Of a stretch of 64,000 bases of DNA, positions 31,806-38,601 are shown in pieces. The first letter of the stretch is position 1; each line of letters starts with the position of its first letter. The stretch spans positions 1,856,001 through 1,920,000 of the forward strand of contig OY762428.1 in NCBI GenBank assembly GCA_963665665.1. Direction: 5' to 3'. Both the position numbers and the translations under genes were made by a program. A model generated the notes under the pieces. That model searched no databases and had not been told where the DNA came from. It saw only the letters and a list, made by a program, of their open reading frames with translations. This DNA comes from Candidatus Kapaibacterium sp. (lineage in GTDB: Bacteria > Bacteroidota > Ignavibacteria > Kapaibacteriales > UBA2268).

Positions 31806-32672
31806 TTATTTATCATCAAATACTGGTTTGACATTATTATTGATAATATAATGTTCGATTTCTTCAATTTCATCCAAAATCAGATACTTAATACCTGAAA
31901 AATTTCTGATTTCATTCCATAAAGAATGATTTTTCTCATTAACTGATAATGGTTCGTCGCCTATTATAAAATGGTTATTATTGTTATTATTATTAACGAA
32001 GTTTACAAAATTGAAATATGAATTAAAATCTGCTTTTAAGTAAAAGAATTGTTTATTGAAATCAAAAAACTGACCGGAAATATAATTGCCATTTTTACCG
32101 AAAATATTTATAGTATCAGGAAGAACTGCTTTTTTATTAGCGATTTCAGGAATAGAGATTTTATCAATTTCAATATCCAGATTTACTTTTTTACTAATTT
32201 TAGCATACAACTTATCTCGTGCGAGAACCAACGAATTAAAGGAGTTATCATCAGGCTTCAGTTCATTAGCCGTTGAAATATATTTTTCGAATAGGGACTT
32301 AAAATTATCTGCATTTGTTTCAATAGATATTTCGCTTGGTTTAGAAAAAGTGATTAGGTTATTGCTATAGGAATGAAGATAATTCAAATATTTCTCGGAA
32401 TAAGAGAAATAATATCCGGGAGATTTTTTAACCAATACCTCATCATTATTTATTTCATTCTGAAATCGTTTAATATCTTTATTAATCCCATTAAGATAGT
32501 TTCTTAAAAATTTAACGCTGTCATTTGGAATCAGTTTATTAAGAAAGCTTAATTTTTCAGGAGAATATGAGAAGAACATATTCTTATTATCAACCATCAA
32601 CAAGGCAATACTCACCTGCTCGTTTATAACGGGCCGGATGGGAGTAAACATTATAGAATAATAACTTTTCAT
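31806..32672 (-). CDS. DUF3037-like protein, partner of the HipA-like kinase
   Basis: N-terminus YYSIMFTPIRPVINEQVSIALL resembles DUF3037; starts 2 nt after the kinase stop; very AT-rich. Confidence 0.55.
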   Translation of the reverse strand: MKSYYSIMFTPIRPVINEQVSIALLMVDNKNMFFSYSPEKLSFLNKLIPNDSVKFLRNYLNGINKDIKRFQNEINNDEVLVKKSPGYYFSYSEKYLNYLHSYSNNLITFSKPSEISIETNADNFKSLFEKYISTANELKPDDNSFNSLVLARDKLYAKISKKVNLDIEIDKISIPEIANKKAVLPDTINIFGKNGNYISGQFFDFNKQFFYLKADFNSYFNFVNFVNNNNNNNHFIIGDEPLSVNEKNHSLWNEIRNFSGIKYLILDEIEEIEHYIINNNVKPVFDDK

Positions 32673-32674
32673 CT

Positions 32675-33499
32675 TTATTGCCTTAAATAGTAATAATAAT
32701 GTAATTCAAATGCCTTTTTTACTTTATCTAACCAATCCTCGTTGAAAAGGTTTCCTATTAAAAAATCACGTTTCAGATCAATATCTATTTCCCAATCTGA
32801 TGGTATTATTTGTAATAATCTCTCAAGAGAGTTCTTACAATCATCTACAAAGATCGTAAAATTTTCAAATAAATCGAAAATTATTTCATCATGATTAATT
32901 ATTTTTTTCTTGAACAATATTTGGAATAAGTCATGTCTCAAAATTGTATCATTAATAGTTAATTCAATCAAATCTGTATAAGAGTTATTATTAAATATGC
33001 TGCCATGGTCAATTGCATAAAGTCTTGGTTCAGAAGCGGAAGGCTTGAACAACATATTCGGATTATTGTATGTTCTGTCTTCATTTCCAATCCAAATATC
33101 AAATAAAGCTATTTTTAATAAATCCCAAAAATTTATCTTTCTAAGAATTTCTTTTCTTATCAGATTGAAATTTAAATCAATTTCCTTAGTATCCTTCATG
33201 TAATAAGAGGCAAAGCAAGTTTTCGAAAACCACCGGGGCTGCATATCATTTTCAATTGCAAATCTATTAAGGTATTCATTGCCAGGCGAAATAAATGCAA
33301 AATCCGGCGTTGGGATTTTCCAGAATTCAAGAAATGAAGATGCTATATACTCATTGAATGGACTCGTTGATGAAGGATAATTATGCTTACATACATAATC
33401 ATTCAGATCATTACAGGTTACGAGTAAAGGCTTATTGCCGGTATCAAAAACCTTTGCCGGCTCTGTGATTACTGATAAATATCTAATTGGCATATTCAT
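32675..33499 (-). CDS. HipA-like (HipA_2 type) kinase
   Basis: YVCK, NEYIAS, FDIWIGNEDR..N.N and AIDHG catalytic motifs. Confidence 0.8.
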   Translation of the reverse strand: MNMPIRYLSVITEPAKVFDTGNKPLLVTCNDLNDYVCKHNYPSSTSPFNEYIASSFLEFWKIPTPDFAFISPGNEYLNRFAIENDMQPRWFSKTCFASYYMKDTKEIDLNFNLIRKEILRKINFWDLLKIALFDIWIGNEDRTYNNPNMLFKPSASEPRLYAIDHGSIFNNNSYTDLIELTINDTILRHDLFQILFKKKIINHDEIIFDLFENFTIFVDDCKNSLERLLQIIPSDWEIDIDLKRDFLIGNLFNEDWLDKVKKAFELHYYYYLRQ

Positions 33500-33516
33500 A
33501 CTTTTTTATCCATCCC

Positions 33517-33660
33517 TCACCCCTCCACTATCTTTATTTCGTCTTCGGTCAGGTTGTTGAGCTTATAGACGAGCCGGTCTATTTGCTTATCGGTTATGGC
33601 TATCTGCTTTTGCAGTATTTTCTTTTCCCGGCTAAAGGACTGATAATAGTAGTTGTTCAT
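33517..33660 (-). pseudogene. 47-aa ORF equal to the C-terminal tail of a type IIG (Eco57I/TaqI-C-like) R-M enzyme
   Basis: Manual translation: MNNYYYQSFSREKKILQKQIAITDKQIDRLVYKLNNLTEDEIKIVEG*. Confidence 0.65.
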
Positions 33661-33678
33661 AGTTTTTTTCAAAAATCC

Positions 33679-34803
33679 TTAATCGTTTAAGAAATTTATA
33701 AATTCCCTGAGTGAACTTTGCAGTACTTCCCTGGGAATTAGTTCCCGTTCGTATTTTGCTATCATGGTCGGGCTCATACTACGGTTCAACGCGTATTTTA
33801 CAACCTCCCTGTTTGTTTCTTTGCAAAGCAGTATGCCAATCGAAGGATTTTCGTTGCTGCGTTTAACATCATTATCGAGAGCTTCGAGATAAAATTCCAG
33901 CTGCCCCATAAATGCAGGCTCGAATTCATCTGTTTTCAATTCTAAGGCCACCAGGCAATGCAAAGCCCTGTGAAAAAACAATAAATCAATTTTAAATGTT
34001 TTGCTGCCTACCTGAACCGGATATTCCTGCCCCACAAACAGAAAATCTTTGCCAAGTTCAAGTACAAAATCCTTCATGTTTTCCAGGATACTTTTTTGCA
34101 GACGTTTTTCGCTGTGTTTTTGCGGGAGTCCTAAAAAATCAAGATAAGCAACATCCTTGAACATATAATTCGAGCCGGGGTATTTTTTTTGCATTCCGGC
34201 AGACTGAATATTTTCAGATTTTATTATATGGTTATATGTATTGGTTTTAATAGCTCGCCTTAGCTCTTTTACCTCGAGCCGCTCATGATTTGCATACAGG
34301 ATATAGAACAGGCGTTCTCCGTTTGTCCGGCAGCAGTTCAGAATTTCCACATGGCTTGTCCAGTTAATTTTGCCAAGAATAGACGGGAAATTCTCAGGCT
34401 TATAAATTTGTGCAGTTTCAAACTGCACAATTTCACCGGGCTTATTATCATCAGATTCTATTTGTGCAGTTTCCGGCTGCACAATTGCGGCTTTGTATTT
34501 CGTATTGCCGGCCAATTCAATAAATTCATGCGAGGAATAGGTATCGAAAAAACGAACCATATTGTAAATATTACGGCGGCTATAGCCTTTAAGCCCGGGG
34601 TCTTTAGTTCGCAGGTATTCCGACAGTTCCGTAACCACTTTGCTGCCCCATTCACTGCTTTGCAGTTTTGTAGAAACATATTGACCGACGTTCCAGCATA
34701 TAAGCAGGCTTTCGTCGTTTACTGTTTTCAAAGCCCGCGACCGGTGTAGATTAATTATACCGCGGATATGCTCGAAACGGCTGTCTCTTTTATCTGATTT
34801 CAT
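33679..34803 (-). CDS. YhcG/DUF1016 family PD-(D/E)XK nuclease
   Basis: WGSKVV..LS..L, YSRRNI, LELGKDF.FVG.EY, IDLLFFHR, ELK, GQL.FYL and IGILLC motifs. Confidence 0.92.
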   Translation of the reverse strand: MKSDKRDSRFEHIRGIINLHRSRALKTVNDESLLICWNVGQYVSTKLQSSEWGSKVVTELSEYLRTKDPGLKGYSRRNIYNMVRFFDTYSSHEFIELAGNTKYKAAIVQPETAQIESDDNKPGEIVQFETAQIYKPENFPSILGKINWTSHVEILNCCRTNGERLFYILYANHERLEVKELRRAIKTNTYNHIIKSENIQSAGMQKKYPGSNYMFKDVAYLDFLGLPQKHSEKRLQKSILENMKDFVLELGKDFLFVGQEYPVQVGSKTFKIDLLFFHRALHCLVALELKTDEFEPAFMGQLEFYLEALDNDVKRSNENPSIGILLCKETNREVVKYALNRSMSPTMIAKYERELIPREVLQSSLREFINFLND

Positions 34804-34866
34804 AATTTTATCTTTTTCTTTTCAATATATTCATTATCCCATACTATGCAATAACATTTCCACCCC

Positions 34867-34974
34867 TCACCCCTCCACAATCTTTATTTCTTCTTCGGTC
34901 AGGTTGTAAAGATTATAGACGAGCTGGTCGAATTCTTCGACAATATTAATAACTAATATCTGTATCAGGAATAT
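34867..34974 (-). pseudogene. Second type IIG R-M C-terminal remnant
   Basis: Translates ...IVEEFDQLVYNLYNLTEEEIKIVEG*. Forms an approximately 70-bp direct repeat with 33511-33580. Confidence 0.6.
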
Positions 34975-35265
34975 TCATATCAGCCTCATAAGTATCAAAC
35001 TGCGAAAAACACCAGTCAACTTTGACTGCCGCTTTGCTAAATTTTTCTACCCTTCGCTCTGCCATTGCCGGAATACTCCCCCGCGAGCATTCAATTTCTA
35101 ATATCGCAAAATTTTTGGAGAATGGCAAGGGGAATCGGATGAATCGAATGAGTTAATTATTATTTTGAAAGAAAGTAAATTTCAGAGCCGTTACTGGGTT
35201 CAAATATAAAATTTTGATACAAAATGTACCAGATATTTTTATGGAATGTTTAGGTAAAAACAATT

Positions 35266-35298
35266 AAGCCTTTGTAAAATATTTATTTACAAAGGCTT
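35266..35298. terminator. Inverted repeat just downstream of the CCA-bearing tRNA 3' copy
   Basis: AAGCCTTTGTAAA-N7-TTTACAAAGGCTT. Confidence 0.6.
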
Positions 35299-35308
35299 TT
35301 ATTTTATC

Positions 35309-35388
35309 TGGCGGAGAAGGTGGGATTCGAACCCACGATAGCGCTTAACACACTATGTCCCGATTGCATCGGGATGCCTTCAGCCACT
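35309..35388 (-). pseudogene. tRNA-Ser 3' fragment (D-loop to CCA) with substituted anticodon arm
   Basis: Identical to the tRNA from AGTGGCTGAAGGCA to TCTCCG except for the 17-nt ASL (35358-35374); ends in CCA. Confidence 0.88.
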
Positions 35389-35625
35389 ATTTATCAGTTC
35401 CTTAATATAACTTCTACTTTTCATTTTTTTGATTTTTAATTCATATACCACCGCTTCTGAGCGGCTTTCAAACATCTTTGAATAAACTAATTTCCATGGA
35501 CGGTATGGCTTTGTTGATTTTACAGAGCCGGAATTATGTTTCTCGACCCTTTGCTCAATATTTTCAGTCGATCCAACATAGTAACGGCCTGTACTCAGGC
35601 TTTGTAGTATATAAGTGTAAAACAT
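35380..35625 (-). CDS. Small standalone GIY-YIG nuclease, copy 1 (UPF0213/SLX1-like)
   Basis: YTYIL...YYVGST...R..HN.G...T..YRPWKLVY...A...E..IKK motif pattern. Confidence 0.9.
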   Translation of the reverse strand: MFYTYILQSLSTGRYYVGSTENIEQRVEKHNSGSVKSTKPYRPWKLVYSKMFESRSEAVVYELKIKKMKSRSYIKELINSG

Positions 35626-35646
35626 TGAAAATCCTCACCATATATG

Positions 35647-35672
35647 AAAAAAGGGAACCTGTAGTTCCCTTT
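35647..35672 (-). terminator. Intrinsic terminator between the tRNA 3' copy and GIY-YIG copy 1
   Basis: Minus strand reads AAAGGGAAC-TACAG-GTTCCCTTTTTT. Confidence 0.7.
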
Positions 35673-35678
35673 ATCCTG

Positions 35679-35755
35679 CGGAGAAGGTGGGATTCGAACC
35701 CACGATAGCGCTTAACACACTATGTCCCGATTGCATCGGGATGCCTTCAGCCACT
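35679..35755 (-). pseudogene. tRNA-Ser 3' fragment with substituted anticodon arm (no CCA)
   Basis: Same as 35312-35388; hairpin at 35725-35741. Confidence 0.88.
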
Positions 35756-35992
35756 ATTTATCAGTTCCTTAATATAACTTCTACTTTTCATTTTTTTGAT
35801 TTTTAATTCATATACCACCGCTTCTGAGCGGCTTTCAAACATCTTTGAATAAACTAATTTCCATGGACGGTATGGCTTTGTTGATTTTACAGAGCCGGAA
35901 TTATGTTTCTCGACCCTTTGCTCAATATTTTCAGTCGATCCAACATAGTAACGGCCTGTACTCAGGCTTTGTAGTATATAAGTGTAAAACAT
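35747..35992 (-). CDS. Small standalone GIY-YIG nuclease, copy 2
   Basis: Same 81-aa protein as copy 1. Confidence 0.9.
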   Translation of the reverse strand: MFYTYILQSLSTGRYYVGSTENIEQRVEKHNSGSVKSTKPYRPWKLVYSKMFESRSEAVVYELKIKKMKSRSYIKELINSG

Positions 35993-36013
35993 TGAAAATC
36001 CTCACCATATATG

Positions 36014-36039
36014 AAAAAAGGGAACCTGTAGTTCCCTTT
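36014..36039 (-). terminator. Intrinsic terminator directly after the intact tRNA-Ser
   Basis: Same hairpin and U-tract as 35647-35672. Confidence 0.7.
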
Positions 36040-36045
36040 ATCCTG

Positions 36046-36135
36046 CGGAGAAGGTGGGATTCGAACCCACGATAGCGCTTAACACACTATGCTGGTTTAG
36101 CAAACCAGTGCCTTCAGCCACTCGGCCACCTCTCC
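36046..36135 (-). tRNA. tRNA-Ser(GCT), intact; CCA not encoded
   Basis: GGAGAGG acceptor, TGGCCGAGTGGCTGAAGGC D-arm, CTGGT-TTGCTAA-ACCAG anticodon arm, long variable arm, GGTTCGAATCC T-loop and G discriminator. Confidence 0.95.
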
Positions 36136-36471
36136 GTTTTTCAAATTTTTATCGCCAAGTGTTTTTTTCACTATGTCCCGATTGCATCGGGATGCCTTCA
36201 GCCACTCGGCCACCTCTCCGTTTTTCAAATTTTTATCGCCAAGTGTTTTTTTCACTATGTCCCGATTGCATCGGGATGCCTTCAGCCACTCGGCCACCTC
36301 TCCGTTTTTCAAATTTTTATCGCCAAGTGTTTTTTTCACTATGTCCCGATTGCATCGGGATGCCTTCAGCCACTCGGCCACCTCTCCGTTTTTCAAATTT
36401 TTATCGCCAAGTGTTTTTTTCACTATGTCCCGATTGCATCGGGATGCCTTCAGCCACTCGGCCACCTCTCC
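36136..36471 (-). repeat. Four 84-bp tandem units, each a tRNA-Ser 5' part (51 nt, substituted anticodon arm) plus a constant 33-nt linker
   Basis: tRNA-derived blocks at 36169, 36253, 36337 and 36421 are in register with the intact tRNA (36085). Confidence 0.93.
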
Positions 36472-36501
36472 GTTCTGACTGATTGTATCAATCAGAGAGT
36501 A

Positions 36502-36530
36502 CAAATATACAACTAATTTATAATTTCAAA
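36502..36530 (-). promoter_or_regulatory. Probable tRNA-locus promoter (TTTG...TATATTTG)
   Basis: TAnnTTTG at 36502-36509, 30 nt upstream of the first 5' copy. The spacing to TTTG (17 nt) is slightly short. Confidence 0.55.
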
Positions 36531-36866
36531 AAAGAATTTTTTCACAATTTATATGAATTTGCTCATTCTGTATGAAATAATATAAGAACAATTGCCGATA
36601 TCTTGTCATATCAGTTTTATTAATAAAAATCAAACAGAAGACAATGCTTGAAGAAAGAACCAGACCAGTAGTTACGAGCCGGTTTATTTATATTATGCAG
36701 ATATTAACCGGTTATATAGCGTTTAATTTTTCAGAGGCGGGGGGATAATAGAAAGAACAAGATATACAAACACCCGGTATGCAAGTACTGATCCTTTCGG
36801 TACTATTATCAGGATCGGGTAAAAATTCCGATGCCACTAATTTGAATTGCTGTTTCGGTATTTGAT

Positions 36867-38279
36867 TTATTTACTACTTGAAACAATAGCTAAGCTGTCC
36901 CGGCCAACTCTTCGCCTCAGGTATTCCCTGAATTTCATAAATCTTCCCTCCAGTTCTGCCTTTTCTTTTCTTTTTTCGGGCAGGTCGTAATCAACAACTA
37001 CTAATGGCTGGAGGTTTCTGTAATTACTATCGTTGATACTTGCCATCAGCCCGAAAGCAAGTTCATTCATTTCAGGGAACCATATCTTTGACTCCGCATA
37101 AACTCTTTGAATAAGGTTAGAATCTACAGTCAGCCTGCGGTTGGCTTCCATCAGGCTGTCAATTCGGCTGTCCAGTGTCGTCTTTACATTTTTCTCAAAC
37201 TCAATTTGCTTCATAACGTTCAGGGCAACGTCATTCAGCATCGCTGCCCTTTCGTCTTCGGGAACGTTCATCTGTACCAGTTTCAGTTGCATATCCTGAA
37301 TTTTGTGGCTGGTAAGGAATCTGCCGTCAAAAACTTCAAGCCTGTCTCGCAGTGTATCGCTTTGTGCCTGGGTAAGTGGTTCGCCAACAACATATATTTT
37401 CAGATACAGTACACTGTCACGGTCAACAGGTTCCCACTTCAGCACATCCCTTTCCTCGTTCCTTATATTATCACCAATAAATGCCTGAACGTCTTTTTCA
37501 AAATTATATTCGGCAATAACATTTACAAGAATATAAACACTCGGAACTGTAACGAATGTTGCAAACGCCATAACCCAACGCTTCATCTTTCTTTTTGATT
37601 CGGGGTTCAGGAATTCCACTTCCGGGAATTTCAGGTAGCGTACAATTATATAAGTAGAAAAACTGATAAAAAAGGCATTAATGAAGAACAGGTAGAAAGC
37701 CCCGAAGAAATACTGCAGGTTACCCGTGGCAAGCCCGAAGCCTGCAGTACAGAGCGGTGGCATAAGGGCTGTGGCAATAGCAACTCCCGGAATAGCATTG
37801 GTTTTGTCTATTCGTGAATTAGCAACTATGCCGGCAACGCCGCCAAAAACCGCCACGCCCACATCGAGCAAAGTAGGAGTGATCCTAGCTGTCATCTCGT
37901 TTGTGGTATTGCCCAAAGGCGTTAGTTTAAAATAAATAAAACTTGTTACAAGGCTGATGCCAACAGCAATAGAGAAATTCTTGAATGAACTGAAAAGCAG
38001 TTCCCGGTCGCTGATACCAACAGCAAGGCCAATACCGAGAATGGAAGACATCAGTGGCGAAATAAGCATAGCGCCTATGATAACAGCGCTGGAATTCAGG
38101 TCAAGGCCTATTGAAGCCAGCATAGCACCGCAAATAAGTATCCATGCATTAGCGCCTCGCATGGGTACGCCGCTCTTTATTGTTGTGATAGTACCGGCCA
38201 TATCGGTAGTACCGGCAAGAGAGAAAATCTTTGTTATCTTTTCTTTCAATATCCTGAGAAGATAAAGCCCTACATTCAT
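36867..38279 (-). CDS. DUF389 domain membrane protein
   Basis: ASIGL..NSSAVIIGAMLISPLM and PGVAIATALMPPL motifs. Confidence 0.9.
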   Translation of the reverse strand: MNVGLYLLRILKEKITKIFSLAGTTDMAGTITTIKSGVPMRGANAWILICGAMLASIGLDLNSSAVIIGAMLISPLMSSILGIGLAVGISDRELLFSSFKNFSIAVGISLVTSFIYFKLTPLGNTTNEMTARITPTLLDVGVAVFGGVAGIVANSRIDKTNAIPGVAIATALMPPLCTAGFGLATGNLQYFFGAFYLFFINAFFISFSTYIIVRYLKFPEVEFLNPESKRKMKRWVMAFATFVTVPSVYILVNVIAEYNFEKDVQAFIGDNIRNEERDVLKWEPVDRDSVLYLKIYVVGEPLTQAQSDTLRDRLEVFDGRFLTSHKIQDMQLKLVQMNVPEDERAAMLNDVALNVMKQIEFEKNVKTTLDSRIDSLMEANRRLTVDSNLIQRVYAESKIWFPEMNELAFGLMASINDSNYRNLQPLVVVDYDLPEKRKEKAELEGRFMKFREYLRRRVGRDSLAIVSSSK

Positions 38280-38601
38280 TCAGCCTCCGACAATGAACTG
38301 TTCATAGAAATGCTTCCCACTAAAACTATCGGGTTATTATCAAATCAATTCCCGAACATCACAGATAAAAATATAATTATTTCTATTTAAAACAAAGACA
38401 ATATTGAGTAGTGCTGATATTTACTATTCTATTATCAGGCATTGGTTTCAAACTGAAAATTATCTGCCGGATTATTATCAAAAACTCAATCCCCCGTTCG
38501 GAACAAAAATCTCTTATCCCGGAGGGCCGAAACAGAGCAGAAATTGCAACCAAAAAAGATGAAGGGAAGAGTAATGTAAATTCTTTCCCGGGTAAAAACA
38601 T

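Larger units (their letters stand above)
35311..36091. repeat. 367-bp tandem repeat (2 full units plus a partial third running into the tRNA)
   Basis: Landmarks recur at +367 (35312/35679/36046; ORFs at 35380/35747); the units look identical. Confidence 0.92.

Noticed and set aside
34946-35128. 60-aa ORF with AVKVDWCF, faintly like an IS630 transposase C-terminus
   Set aside because: Only one short motif, with no DDE core and no terminal repeats.
31683-35300. Intact prophage or integrative element at the tRNA
   Set aside because: No integrase, no phage genes and no distal att copy found; treated as a decayed island.
35478-36075. Plus-strand 76-aa ORFs ending RRWDSNPR
   Set aside because: Antisense to the GIY-YIG genes; the ending is the usual translation of a reverse-complemented tRNA T-arm.
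36136-36471. CRISPR array interpretation of the 84-bp repeats
   Set aside because: The would-be spacers are identical, the repeat is tRNA-derived, and no cas genes are present.
35309-36471. Selenocysteine or suppressor tRNA, or a tRNA intron
   Set aside because: The swapped loop reads GCA, not TCA or CTA. The change is an equal-length replacement, not an insertion, and no group I or BHB features were seen.
36054-36504. Repetitive ORFs 36054-36482, 36097-36504 and 36173-36478
   Set aside because: They arise because the 84-bp period is a multiple of three, and they overlap tRNA sequence.
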